Assembly (NCBI GenBank): GCA_041946735.1
Contig: JBHGAY010000008.1
Location: 64,001 to 128,000, forward strand
Direction of reading: 5' to 3'
Length of the DNA stretch: 64,000 bases
Origin: Candidatus Eiseniibacteriota bacterium
GTDB taxonomy: Bacteria; Eisenbacteria; RBG-16-71-46; CAIMUX01; VGJL01
The translations under genes were made by a program, and so were the position numbers. The number at the start of each line of letters is the position of its first letter. Position 1 is the stretch's first letter. A model generated the notes under the pieces. The model was given only the letters and a program-made list of their open reading frames with translations. It searched no databases and was not told the origin of the DNA. This document shows, piece by piece, positions 30,217-43,952 of the stretch.

Positions 30217-30761
30217 TCGACGAGGGCGTCGGAAAGCGTTACGCGCAGGCGCTGTTCGGAGCCGCCGAGAAGGCGGGAGAGCTGGACGCGGTCCAGTCGG
30301 ACTTGGACAGCCTCGAGGCGCTTCTCGAGAAGGATGAGAGTCTCATCCGCTTCCTCGAGTCGCCGCGCGAGCTGGACGAGGAGAAGGTCCATCTCGTCGA
30401 GATGCTCTTCCGCGGCCGCACGACCGGCCTGTTCGTGAGGCTTCTGCTCCTGCTCCTCGAGAAGAAGCGGATCCTCCATCTCCGGGACATTGCGCGGCAG
30501 TACCGTCATCTGCTCGAGGAGCATCGGGGGATCGCCGAGGCGATCGTGACGACCGCTGTTCCGCTGCCGAAGGATCTCGAGCCGCGGCTCGTGCAGGAGC
30601 TGGAACGAATCTTCGAGCGGAAGATCCGCATCCGCCCGCGGATCGATCCGCGGATCATCGGCGGAGTGGTCGTGATGGTCGAGGGCAAGGTCATCGACCG
30701 GTCGGTGCGACACGACATCGACCGGATGCGCGAGGAGCTGCTCGCCACGCCTGTCGTGTAG
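30213..30761 (+). CDS. atpH: ATP synthase F1 subunit delta
   Basis: KRYAQALF, DPRIIGGVVV...IDRSV; GTGA overlap with atpF. Confidence 0.93.
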   Translation: MIDEGVGKRYAQALFGAAEKAGELDAVQSDLDSLEALLEKDESLIRFLESPRELDEEKVHLVEMLFRGRTTGLFVRLLLLLLEKKRILHLRDIARQYRHLLEEHRGIAEAIVTTAVPLPKDLEPRLVQELERIFERKIRIRPRIDPRIIGGVVVMVEGKVIDRSVRHDIDRMREELLATPVV

Positions 30762-30910
30762 AAGCGAGCGCCGGCGCCTAGGAAGTGCGCGAAGCGTCGC
30801 GTAACGAGGCGCCGCGCCGGACGGCCCGAGGTTCGATCCGTCGGAATCTGGGTAGACATTTCCGATGCGCACGCGGCGCGATTGCCGGCGGCGCGAGAAG
30901 GGTGAACGAG

Positions 30911-32437
<1,527 letters not shown>

Positions 32438-32471
32438 GAGCCGCCGGAGCTCCCGGGGAGTCGGTGACGAG

Positions 32472-34842
<2,371 letters not shown>

Positions 34843-34877
34843 CGCGCAGGCGCGGACCGAGCGAACGGGGAGACCGA

Positions 34878-35285
34878 ATGGCCGAGACGTTTCATCTGAG
34901 CCTGCTGACGCCGGAGCGGTCGGTGCTCGAGGCGCCGGTGGAATCGATCATCGTTCCTGGAGAGGACGGCTACCTTGGAGTGCTCGCGCACCACGCCCCG
35001 TTGATCGCCGCCCTCGCTCCCGGGAAGCTGACGGTTCGGCGCGCCGACGGCACCACGAGCATCTGGGCGCTATCGGGCGGGTTTCTCGAGGTGTCCGAGA
35101 ACCAGGCGACGGTGCTGGCCGATGCTCTCGAGGAGCCTTCGAAGATCGATGTCGAGCGGGCGCAGCGTGCCGCCGACCGCGCCCGCGAGCGGCTGCGCGA
35201 CACGACCGGCGCGTTCGACATCGAAAGGGCCGGCCTCGCATGGGCTCGGGCTCTGAACCGGCTGAAGCTCGCGGGACCTGCCTGA
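34878..35285 (+). CDS. atpC: ATP synthase F1 subunit epsilon
   Basis: LLTPER, GYLGVLAHHAP, SGGFLEV; C-terminal helical hairpin. Confidence 0.95.
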   Translation: MAETFHLSLLTPERSVLEAPVESIIVPGEDGYLGVLAHHAPLIAALAPGKLTVRRADGTTSIWALSGGFLEVSENQATVLADALEEPSKIDVERAQRAADRARERLRDTTGAFDIERAGLAWARALNRLKLAGPA

Positions 35286-35668
35286 TCCGCCTGTCGCGCC
35301 CGGCATGCCGGATCGGCAGCCCTTGCCGATCGGTCCTCCTGCTCCTCTTCCTCGCTACCGGCCTCGCGGCGGGCGGCTGCGCGCGCAAGCAGCCGCCTCC
35401 GATCCAGACCGACCTGCGCTGGGAGGACGTGCGCCCGCTGATCGAGCGGACCTGCGTCGCCTGCCACTCCCGGGCCGACACGTTGAAGGGTCCCAACGCG
35501 CACGGCGTGAATCTCGAGAGCTACGAGCGCGTCGCGCGCCATCGGAAGTCGATCTATGAATCGGTCGTGAGCGAGCGAACGATGCCTCCCGACACGCTGG
35601 GCATCCGGCTGACCGACGGGGAACGCGCGCGCTTGTCGGAGTGGCTCCGCGGAGGGGCCCCGCGCTGA
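35240..35668 (+). CDS. Monoheme cytochrome c, predicted lipoprotein (start uncertain)
   Basis: Hydrophobic stretch ending AAGG-C; CVACH heme motif; MPP putative axial Met; nearest in-frame ATG at 35240 overlaps atpC. Confidence 0.72.
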   Translation: MGSGSEPAEARGTCLIRLSRPACRIGSPCRSVLLLLFLATGLAAGGCARKQPPPIQTDLRWEDVRPLIERTCVACHSRADTLKGPNAHGVNLESYERVARHRKSIYESVVSERTMPPDTLGIRLTDGERARLSEWLRGGAPR

Positions 35669-35702
35669 CCGGTGGACCGAGGCGAGACGCCTCCGCCGCA
35701 AG

Positions 35703-36947
35703 CTATCGGGTCACGACGAGCCGCTTCACCGCCTCGGAGCCCGCGCTGCGAACGCGAACGAGATAGACCCCGGCCGCCCACCGGCTCGTGTCGAACGTGA
35801 TCGCCCGGTCTTCCGAGGACGTGGCGACCTTCTCGGGAACGTCGAGCAGAAGCCGCCCCGAAAGGTCGTAGACCTGGGCGCCGAACGCCGTCCCTTCGCG
35901 GGCAGGCATCCGCAGGACCGCGAAGGACCGGCTCGGTTGAGGGAAGGGACCCTCCAAGCGGAGAGCGGGCGCGGGAGACTCTTCCGGGCCCACGGCGCTC
36001 GGTGCCCCGCAATCGCCGTCCCCGTCGAGCGTCCTCAGGAGCAGGCCGCCGGGGCCGGCGATCAGGAACTCCGAATCGGTGACCGCCTCGGCGGCATAGT
36101 AGTCGTGCGCCGGCGCCTGCAATGTGCACCAGTTCTCGCCTCCGTCGGCGCTGCGCAGCACCGCGCCTCCCAAGCCGGCGGCGAGAAGATGATCCTCGTT
36201 CTCCTTGCTGAAGCTGACCGCGCGAAGCGTGGCGTTCGTTCCGCTGGGCATGGCGCTCCACGTCTCCCCGCCGTCGGTGCTCCTGAGGATCGTTCCGGCG
36301 TCACCGACTACGTAGACGCGGCTTGGGTCGGTATGCGGCTGAGCGATCCCGTAGAGGTTCGCTGTCGTGCCGCTCTCGACCGCCGTCCACGTCACCCCGT
36401 CGGCGGTCTTCAGGATCGTGCCGCCATCTCCTACCGCCCATGCAGGTCCGGTGGGGAAGCCATCGCCGGCGTTCAAGTTGGCGTTCGTTCCGCTTTCGAC
36501 CTTCGTCCATGAGTTCCCCGCGTCCGTGGTCACGTAGATTCGGCCGCCGTCGCCGACCGCAACCGCCGAGGCGCCGGATCGCGTGAAGAGCCGGAAGTCG
36601 GCCGAATCGGGAATGTCGCGATGGAACAGGAACTGATAGACGCGCAGCCGGACGCTTCCGTGTCCGGCCCCGAGCCACACTTCGCCACCCGTCGGCTCTA
36701 CGACGGAATAGAGGGGCGCGTCGGTCTCGACGTACTGGGCGGTCCACTCTCCGCGATCGCCGCTGGAACGCGCCGCGAAGCCGTGGCCGCCCACGACCCA
36801 GTGATTCGCAAGGTAGGTGTTCTCGATCGCGAAAATGTCTTCCGTCGTGGGCAGATCGATCGGGGTCCAGCTCTGCGCGCCTGCCGGCGTGCCTGTCGCG
36901 AGGCCGCCGAGCAGGACGAAAGAGATCGAGAGAGGAGTGAGTCGCAT
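35703..36947 (-). CDS. Secreted YCF48/BNR-type beta-propeller with T9SS-like C-terminal domain
   Basis: Repeats VGDxGTIL(K/R)xxDGxxW; signal peptide AGA-Q; AAGVYLVRV...KRLVVTR. Confidence 0.83.
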   Translation of the reverse strand: MRLTPLSISFVLLGGLATGTPAGAQSWTPIDLPTTEDIFAIENTYLANHWVVGGHGFAARSSGDRGEWTAQYVETDAPLYSVVEPTGGEVWLGAGHGSVRLRVYQFLFHRDIPDSADFRLFTRSGASAVAVGDGGRIYVTTDAGNSWTKVESGTNANLNAGDGFPTGPAWAVGDGGTILKTADGVTWTAVESGTTANLYGIAQPHTDPSRVYVVGDAGTILRSTDGGETWSAMPSGTNATLRAVSFSKENEDHLLAAGLGGAVLRSADGGENWCTLQAPAHDYYAAEAVTDSEFLIAGPGGLLLRTLDGDGDCGAPSAVGPEESPAPALRLEGPFPQPSRSFAVLRMPAREGTAFGAQVYDLSGRLLLDVPEKVATSSEDRAITFDTSRWAAGVYLVRVRSAGSEAVKRLVVTR

Positions 36948-37218
36948 GTTCGGTTTCCTCGAGGGGCGGTTGGTGGCCCGGCTCGGCGCCCCGTTCCCTG
37001 CGAGAGCCGGGCGATCTTCACATTCGGTGCTTCACGCGCATGCTGGCCGGCGGGCGCCTCCGGCGCAGCGTCGAGCTCATCGTACCCGTGCGCTTCGACT
37101 TCCTGACAAAGGAAGAAAAGTACATGTAAGCATTACAGGCAGCGAAGCGGCACGAGGCTTTCGAACGGGCGTCGGCCGAGGACTGAACGGGCCGCGGAGC
37201 GAGCGCACCCAACCGGCG

Positions 37219-37313
37219 CGGCCGGGTCTGCGCTCTGCGGCCGGGTCCGCGCTTCGCCTCCGGGGCCGAGCTTCGCGGCCGGGTCCGCGCTCTGGGGCCG
37301 GGTCCGCGCTTTG
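37219..37313. repeat. 5 x 19-bp tandem repeat (consensus CGGCCGGGTCCGCGCTCTG)
   Basis: Units start at 37219, 37238, 37257 (degenerate), 37276, 37295. Confidence 0.85.
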
Positions 37314-37387
37314 ACCAGCCAGGCGGACTCCAAGCCGTCCCGTTCGGCGAGGTGACGGCGAGTGTGGCGCGGGCGAACGTGGCCTGG

Positions 37388-39142
37388 CTACCAGGAACCG
37401 CCGCCGCCTCCGCCTCCTCCTCCGCCCGAGGACCCGCCGCCGCCCGAGCCGCTCGAACCGCTCGAGCGCGGCGCGGAGGCCATACTGCTCCCGGTGCGGC
37501 TCATCGCGCTCGTGAGCCCCTGCTCGAAGCTGCCGGTCGAGAACGCCATTCCCGTCGTCGTGAACGATCCCGAGCGATACCAGGACGGGGGCCGGTCGTA
37601 GATTCCCTCGAAGCGCTTCGCCCATCGAGACGAAACGCCGAGCGCCATCGCGTAGGGAAGGAGCTTCTCGAAGAGCGTGCGCGCGTCGGCTGCCTCGAGC
37701 TTCTCCCGCTCGACCCGGTCCACGAACTCCTCGAACCCGAGCGCCCATGCGCGCGCCTCGACGCCGCGCCGCGTTCGCTGCGGCATCGCGGGCGCGAACG
37801 CCAGGAACGGGACGAAGCTCAGAACCGCGGAGAGGATCGGCACCCCGATCGCGTTGGGGAAGACGCCTCCGCGGACCTTCACCCAAAGCAGCCCCAGGCC
37901 CAAGACGATCAGCATCGCGAGGACCCCGTAGCCGACATAGCGAGCGCGGACGGACGAAGGATCGCTCGTCATCAGCTTCTGCTGGACGAGTCGCTTGTAC
38001 ACGGCCGACCGGATGCCGGGAATGTGCCGGTAGAACTTCGTGTTCAGATCCGAAAGCTCGACCTGATCCCCTGACTCGAAGAAGCCGTCGAGCAGCTTCT
38101 GCTCGTGCGGGAGGAGCGGGCGGCCGTCCTTCCCGGTTCCTCGGACGAAGGAGTAGTCCTTCCGGCGGAACAGACCCAGCACCTTTTCGTCCTGCTCCTC
38201 GATCGCGAGCCACCCGCGGATCGCGAGATCGATCAAGGTCGACGTGATGTCGCGCAGATCGACCTTCTCGTCGACCATCGTGCCGATCTCTGCGGGTGTG
38301 AGGTTCTGCGGTGGTTCGTAGCGAACCATGATGGTGTCGGCGGCCCGGGGATCGCGACCCCTCCGGCGATACGTCAGCCACAGCCCGGCCAGCACCACGA
38401 GCGGCGCGAGGAGGATGATGTTGTCCGAAAGGAAGCGCAGCGCCTTCTGCGTCGCGGTCGGAAATGTGACGGCGCCATGCGGCCAGGCGACAGCGACGGT
38501 GAGTCCCTCGAGAGGACCGAGGGGCCGCGTCGCCTGCACGTGCACCTCGCCGGCCGAGGGGAAGTCGAACTCCGCGTCGTGCCCTTGCTCCCCGAACGCG
38601 CCAGTGTAGGCGGCGCCGACCAGCGAGTCGGGCGGATACGGCTTGGGGAGATGGAGGGTCACGCCCGCCCGCGCGATTCCTTGATTCCACTCGTTGCCGG
38701 TCACGTTCCAGTAGACCTCGTCGTGCCGGGAGAGGTGGACGAGTCCGTTCTCGATCCGATAGCGAAGGACGTACGTGAACGGACCGCTGACGGTCCGGTC
38801 TGCGGAGCCGAGACGGATCTTCACGTACTGGCCTTCCTGGCTGACCTTCGAGTCGACGGATCCGCCTGCGCCATCCGACACGTCGAGAAGGCGGAAGCCG
38901 AGGCTGTACTGGTAGCCGGCCGGATCGGTATAGCGGACCGGGATCGTCCGGTAGATGCCGTGCCGTGGCTCCTGGAACTCGACATCGATCCGCTCCTCGA
39001 CGTTCATCTGCGCGTTGGGCAGGATCGTGAGGTCGGCGTCGAACGACTCGATCGAGAAGCCGCCAAGGTCCGCGATCGCCGGCCCGGAGGCCGTCGTCGC
39101 GAGCGTGCATGCGAACAGCAACGCGAGGAACTTCCTTCTCAC
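37388..39142 (-). CDS. DUF2207 predicted membrane protein
   Basis: HGIYRTIP, YWNVTGNEW, LPYAMALGV, terminal GGGGGGSW; GTGA overlap with lemA. Confidence 0.88.
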   Translation of the reverse strand: MRRKFLALLFACTLATTASGPAIADLGGFSIESFDADLTILPNAQMNVEERIDVEFQEPRHGIYRTIPVRYTDPAGYQYSLGFRLLDVSDGAGGSVDSKVSQEGQYVKIRLGSADRTVSGPFTYVLRYRIENGLVHLSRHDEVYWNVTGNEWNQGIARAGVTLHLPKPYPPDSLVGAAYTGAFGEQGHDAEFDFPSAGEVHVQATRPLGPLEGLTVAVAWPHGAVTFPTATQKALRFLSDNIILLAPLVVLAGLWLTYRRRGRDPRAADTIMVRYEPPQNLTPAEIGTMVDEKVDLRDITSTLIDLAIRGWLAIEEQDEKVLGLFRRKDYSFVRGTGKDGRPLLPHEQKLLDGFFESGDQVELSDLNTKFYRHIPGIRSAVYKRLVQQKLMTSDPSSVRARYVGYGVLAMLIVLGLGLLWVKVRGGVFPNAIGVPILSAVLSFVPFLAFAPAMPQRTRRGVEARAWALGFEEFVDRVEREKLEAADARTLFEKLLPYAMALGVSSRWAKRFEGIYDRPPSWYRSGSFTTTGMAFSTGSFEQGLTSAMSRTGSSMASAPRSSGSSGSGGGGSSGGGGGGGGGGSW

Positions 39143-39846
39143 GGAGCCTTGCCCTCCCTGTCCGTGGAGCCTTCTGCCGGGCCGAATTCCGGGCCGGATG
39201 CGCCGGATGCGGGGCCGGATTCCGGGCCGGATGCTGGGCCTGATGCTGGTCCTGACCCCAGGCCGCCCGCAGTCCCGAAGGAGACCGGTGGGGCGGCGGC
39301 CTCGAAGGGGTTCTCGAGCTCGAAGAACTCCCGATTCCGGAAGCCGAAAGGTCGAGCGAGCAGAAGATCCGGGAACGACTGCACCCGGGTGTTGAAGTCC
39401 CGCACCACCGCGTTGTAGTAACGCCGGGCGTTCTGCAGGTCGTCCTCGAGCTGGATCAAGGCCTTCTGCAGCTCGCGAAACTGTGCGTCCGCCTTCAGGC
39501 CGGGATAGGCCTCGGCGAGAGCCATGAGGCCGCGCAGGCCGCCGCCCAGTGCTCCTTCGGCCGATTGCGTCGCCGGGATGTCACGGCGATCGAGCGCGGC
39601 CGCCGCGCGCGTCCGCTGCGCGGCGACCTCCTCGAGCGTCGTCCGCTCGTGCCGCGCGTACCCCTTCGCGGTCTCGACGAGGTTGCCGACCAGGTCGTGC
39701 CGGCGTTTGAGCTGCACGTCGATGTCCGACCAGGACGCGTCCGCCCGGGTCCGCAGTCCGATCAGACGGTTGAAGGTCGCGATCGCCCAGACGACGACCG
39801 CCACGATCGCGAGGATTCCGAGAAGGAGCGGGATGTCCATGCCCAT
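39139..39846 (-). CDS. lemA: LemA family protein with C-terminal (GPxS)n extension
   Basis: WSDIDVQLKRRHDLV, EAYPGLKAD, ARRYYN...FP. Confidence 0.9.
   Translation of the reverse strand: MGMDIPLLLGILAIVAVVVWAIATFNRLIGLRTRADASWSDIDVQLKRRHDLVGNLVETAKGYARHERTTLEEVAAQRTRAAAALDRRDIPATQSAEGALGGGLRGLMALAEAYPGLKADAQFRELQKALIQLEDDLQNARRYYNAVVRDFNTRVQSFPDLLLARPFGFRNREFFELENPFEAAAPPVSFGTAGGLGSGPASGPASGPESGPASGASGPEFGPAEGSTDREGKAP
39179..39256 (-). repeat. 12-bp imperfect tandem repeat encoding GPAS/GPES in the LemA tail
   Basis: SGPASGPASGPESGPASGASGPEFGP. Confidence 0.8.
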
Positions 39847-40115
39847 GCCGCAAGGCTGTACACCACGGACGCCCCCGGCGCAGCAATATTCGCTCGGATA
39901 ACGGAAGCCGAAGCGCACGGTCGTTCGATTGCGGGAAGCCGGCCGGCGAGCGGAAACGGCCGGCGCGGCGAGCGTTTGCGCGTTTCGTGATCCGGCCGTG
40001 GCTGCTATTCTGCTCCGTTTTCGAATTGCGTCCGATGTCCGCCGGAAGGCGAAGCCGGAGAGGCCCTGATGGACTTCACCCAGCGCAACGCGACCGCCGC
40101 GCCGCAAGCCCTGCG

Positions 40116-41264
40116 ATGAGCGGAGCCGGCATCGCCCTGCTCGTCGCGATAGGGATCGTGACGCTCGTCTACGTCCCGGTCGCCGCAACGATCCGACCGC
40201 TCAGCGGGCCGGATGCGATGGAGCTCGCGGCACCGTTGCTGCTCTCGATGGGGAGGTGGATCCTATTGGCCATCCTGCTGCTGACGGCCGCGGCGCGCGG
40301 CGGCTTTCCATGGATCCATCGGATGGCTGCGGTTCAGGCGATCGCCGTCTTCGCGCTGCTCGCTGGCGTCGGGGTCCTCGAGGTCTGGTCGGTCGCTTCG
40401 GCGACGAGCTACTGGTATGGGACCTCCGCGCGCGTGTGGGTGGCCGCGTTCTGCGTCGTCGCGCCCCTGATCCTCGCCTACCTTGGCGCCATCGCCTGGC
40501 AGCGTGGTGGCCGCGTGACTCCGTTGGCCTCGGAAGGCGCGCCTTCGGGTGCCGCTTCACTCCGCCTGGCGGCGCTCACCCTCGTTCTCCTGATGGCCTG
40601 CGGGGCGGCGGCGCTCGCGTGGAAGAACCAGCAGGGTGCGCGCGAGAAGCGCGAGGCGCTGGCGCAACGAGCCGCCGAGGAGACGCGGGTCCGGGACGAG
40701 GGGATCGCCGCCTTTCGCGGGCTCGATCCGAACGCGCCGCTTCGCGATTGGCTTCCCTACACCTCGGATTCGATCGAGGAGATCCGCGAGGGGGCGGTCG
40801 CCGCGATCCGCTCCCGCCCGCGGCTGGACGAGGATCTGGCCGAGATCCTGCGAAGCGCCGAGCCGCTCCCCGCGCTCCGCTACATCTCGCAGTGGTACCG
40901 CAATCCTCCCGCCTCGCTCGCCGGGCCGGTGAGCGACGCCATCTCCTCGCTCCCGGACTGGGTGCGCCGCCGACTCGACGACTCCGATGACTCGAACAAC
41001 TACGAGATCGGTAACGCCTGCGACGCCTGCCTCGCGATCGTCGATGACTTCCACGACCCCCGCCTCGACTTCCGACCGGGGATCGAGCGGCTGGTCGCCT
41101 ATCTCGACTCCCGCGCGCTTCCGCCCGAGCGCATCAGCTATGACTCGACGCATCTCGCCCGTTCGACGCTCCATGCCTGGCTCGACGCGCACCGAGGCGC
41201 GGGAGCCAAGAACGCGGCGGACGACGCCGCCCGCCCCGCCGGCCGGGCGACGGATAGGCAGTAG
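40116..41264 (+). CDS. Hypothetical membrane protein (about 5 N-terminal TMs, helical C-terminal domain)
   Basis: Long ORF with hydrophobic helices and coding-like codon usage; no recognised motif. Confidence 0.65.
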   Translation: MSGAGIALLVAIGIVTLVYVPVAATIRPLSGPDAMELAAPLLLSMGRWILLAILLLTAAARGGFPWIHRMAAVQAIAVFALLAGVGVLEVWSVASATSYWYGTSARVWVAAFCVVAPLILAYLGAIAWQRGGRVTPLASEGAPSGAASLRLAALTLVLLMACGAAALAWKNQQGAREKREALAQRAAEETRVRDEGIAAFRGLDPNAPLRDWLPYTSDSIEEIREGAVAAIRSRPRLDEDLAEILRSAEPLPALRYISQWYRNPPASLAGPVSDAISSLPDWVRRRLDDSDDSNNYEIGNACDACLAIVDDFHDPRLDFRPGIERLVAYLDSRALPPERISYDSTHLARSTLHAWLDAHRGAGAKNAADDAARPAGRATDRQ

Positions 41265-41475
41265 GGGACGCCACAATGGGACGTCCGCCGGGGGGACGCA
41301 CGTGGGGCGGTATCAGGTGCCGTGCGAGCACGACTCTAGCGACGGATTCCCGAGACGCGACCAGACCGGACCGTCGAGCACATTCACGGACAAGCGGCCG
41401 CAGAACCCATCACCACCTCGGCCGGCGGCTCTCGCGCCGGCGCAATGCATTCACGGCCGCCACGGAGGACCTTTC

Positions 41476-43755
41476 ATGGCAGCATCGCTCACAACCGCGT
41501 CTCCAATCGGCGCACTCGTCCATGCTCGGGCCCGGGCGTTCTCCTGCCGCCGATACGGAAAGATGGCGGCGGCCCTTCTCCTCGCCCTTGGCGCGGTGCC
41601 CGTCATCGCCCTGAACGCCGCGCGAGCGGACGAGGACTACGTCTATACCTGGTCACTGCCGGTACCTCAGGGGAACGCGCTCGGCGGGTGCGACTTCGAG
41701 GACGCGGCGACCGGCTATGCCGTCGGACCGCGAGGCACCGTTGTCACGACGACCGATGGCGGCGCGACCTGGAGCGGGCGCGACCTCTATCCGGGCTTCT
41801 CCACCGATCTCGAAGACGTTCTCGTCCGTGGTCCGCAGCATCTCTTCGCGGTCGGAGAGGCGCCCGGCATTTTCGAGTCGATCGATGGAGGCGCCTCCTG
41901 GTCGGCGGTCGCGAATCCCTCGACCGGGCGATTGACCGACATCGAAGTGGTGACGGGATCAACCCTGTCCGCGCTCGGCGCCGGCGGCCAGGCGCTCCGC
42001 TCGACCGATGACGGAGCGACCTGGACCGCCCTCGTCCCGCCCGGCGCAAACGATCTCTACGAGCAGTACTGGTTCGACGCATCGAGCGGGTATGTGGTCG
42101 GCGATCGTGTCGCGCGGCGAACGACGAACGGCGGGCAGAGCTGGCTCGCGTTGACCGGAGTCCCAGAGGCGCAGGAGAAGTTCAGCGAGGTCTTCTTCAC
42201 CGATGCGCAGAACGGGTGGATCCTGGGAGACTTCTTCTACTGGCAGACGACGAACGGAGGGGCGTCCTGGACGCAGCACTCCTCCGGGCAGGCCCTCTAC
42301 CTCGGCGACACCGTCGTGCTCGGACCCCAGCGCTTCCTGGTCTCGACGAACGTCGAAGGCGCCTTCATCTTCGAGACGACGAACGGGGGAGCGAGCTGGA
42401 CCCCGCGCTTGTACAGCGGCGCGGATGCCTTCCTCGATTTCGATCGAACGCCGGACGGCACGTTGATCGCGGTCACGGGGCAGGGCAATGTCTTCCGGTC
42501 CACCGACGAAGGAATCACATGGACCGACCGGACCTACGCCGCCTACGACGGCCTTCGCGCGAACCTGGGAGCGGTCGCGATCGGACCGGCGGGACTCGGA
42601 GCGGCGGGCAGCGACGGGTGGCCGCCGACGCACTGGTATCGGACCGAGGATGGCGGCGCAAGCTGGCTGCCGCAGGATCCGGCGCCCAACATCGGCTTCA
42701 CGAACGCGATCTCCTACTGGGACGGCGTCCATGCCATCGCCGCGGGCGATTATGGAAAGATGTGGCGGACGATCGACGGCGGGCTGAACTGGACGCCGGT
42801 GAACTTGCCGAATCCTCCGCAGGACGCCCGTGGCTACCGGATGTCGCTTCCGGCGCCCGGCGTCGCCTTCGTCAGCGTCTTCAGCCAGAGCCTGTACATG
42901 GTCTGCAGGACGACCGACTACGGCGCCAGCTGGGAGTCGCGCAGCACGGGCCTCCCGACCGGCGTCTGGCTGGCCGGGATCTCGTTCCTCGATGCGAACA
43001 CCGGCTTCGTCGCGAGCAACGGCGGCGCGACGGCGACGATCTACGCGACGACCAACGGAGGAGCGTCCTGGAGCCCGATCGCCTCCGCCGGTCTCCCGAG
43101 CACGACGTCCGACATGCACTGGACCGATGCGCAGAACGGGGTCGTCACGGCGCGGTTCACGGAGGGCGGCATCTTCCGGACGACGAACGGCGGAGCAGTC
43201 TGGAACCAGATATGGGCCGGCGACGTCGGGAAGCTCGCGTTCGCGAGCGACGGCTTGCACGCGGCGGCGGCGGACCAGAGCTATCTCGACCACGGCATCC
43301 TCTTCGTGACGGAGGACGGCGGCGCTTCCTGGAACCCGCTCGAGCTTCCTTCGACGGCGACGTTCACGAGCATCCAAGCTGTCGACGACGGTTACTGGCT
43401 CGGAGGGTCGGGGAGCACGATCCTCAAGCTGACGCGCGCCAACCCGGCCTCGGTCGACACCGGGGCCCTGCCGGCGGCCGGACAGTCCTGCTCGCTGCGC
43501 TCCCGTGGGACGGCCGGCGGCTCGATCGAGATCGAGTACGAGCTTGCCGAACCGGGCGCGATCGATCTGTCGATCTTCGACGTGCGTGGCCGGCGCATCG
43601 CGACGCTCGATCGCGGCGAGCGCCCGGCGGGCACGGTGGTGACGCGCGCATGGGAAGGGACGGACGCCGGCCAGCGCGCGGCGAACGGCGTGTACTTCGC
43701 GCGGCTCGAGACTCCGCGTGAGGCCCGAGCCATCAAGATCGTCTTGCGCCGATAG
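41476..43755 (+). CDS. Secreted YCF48/BNR-repeat beta-propeller with FlgD-Ig C-terminal domain
   Basis: GGAGG RBS; many TT(N/D)GGxxW repeats; FDVRGRRI...WEGTD...NGVYFARL. Confidence 0.85.
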   Translation: MAASLTTASPIGALVHARARAFSCRRYGKMAAALLLALGAVPVIALNAARADEDYVYTWSLPVPQGNALGGCDFEDAATGYAVGPRGTVVTTTDGGATWSGRDLYPGFSTDLEDVLVRGPQHLFAVGEAPGIFESIDGGASWSAVANPSTGRLTDIEVVTGSTLSALGAGGQALRSTDDGATWTALVPPGANDLYEQYWFDASSGYVVGDRVARRTTNGGQSWLALTGVPEAQEKFSEVFFTDAQNGWILGDFFYWQTTNGGASWTQHSSGQALYLGDTVVLGPQRFLVSTNVEGAFIFETTNGGASWTPRLYSGADAFLDFDRTPDGTLIAVTGQGNVFRSTDEGITWTDRTYAAYDGLRANLGAVAIGPAGLGAAGSDGWPPTHWYRTEDGGASWLPQDPAPNIGFTNAISYWDGVHAIAAGDYGKMWRTIDGGLNWTPVNLPNPPQDARGYRMSLPAPGVAFVSVFSQSLYMVCRTTDYGASWESRSTGLPTGVWLAGISFLDANTGFVASNGGATATIYATTNGGASWSPIASAGLPSTTSDMHWTDAQNGVVTARFTEGGIFRTTNGGAVWNQIWAGDVGKLAFASDGLHAAAADQSYLDHGILFVTEDGGASWNPLELPSTATFTSIQAVDDGYWLGGSGSTILKLTRANPASVDTGALPAAGQSCSLRSRGTAGGSIEIEYELAEPGAIDLSIFDVRGRRIATLDRGERPAGTVVTRAWEGTDAGQRAANGVYFARLETPREARAIKIVLRR

Positions 43756-43882
43756 CGTTCGTCCAGCGCGACAAGAGTGGACACGGTCCCAGGAAACGCC
43801 GTAGAGCCGGGGAGGAGGGAGTGTAGAGGCTGCTTCCCGGCTCTGCTTCTGGCCGTCAAAGGTGCCTGTGCAATCCCGCCTT

Positions 43883-43952
43883 CATCCTCTGAGGACCATC
43901 CTCTGAGGACCATCCTCTGAGGACCATCCTCTGAGGACCATCCACTGGTGAC
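43883..43952. repeat. 14-bp tandem repeat CATCCTCTGAGGAC x4 plus one degenerate copy
   Basis: Perfect units at 43883, 43897, 43911, 43925; degenerate unit at 43939. Confidence 0.92.

Noticed and set aside
37219..37313. Possible CRISPR array
   Set aside because: Units are contiguous 19-mers without spacers and there are no cas genes.
43883..43952. Palindromic repeats as a mini-CRISPR
   Set aside because: 14-bp units without spacers are too short; this is a tandem repeat.
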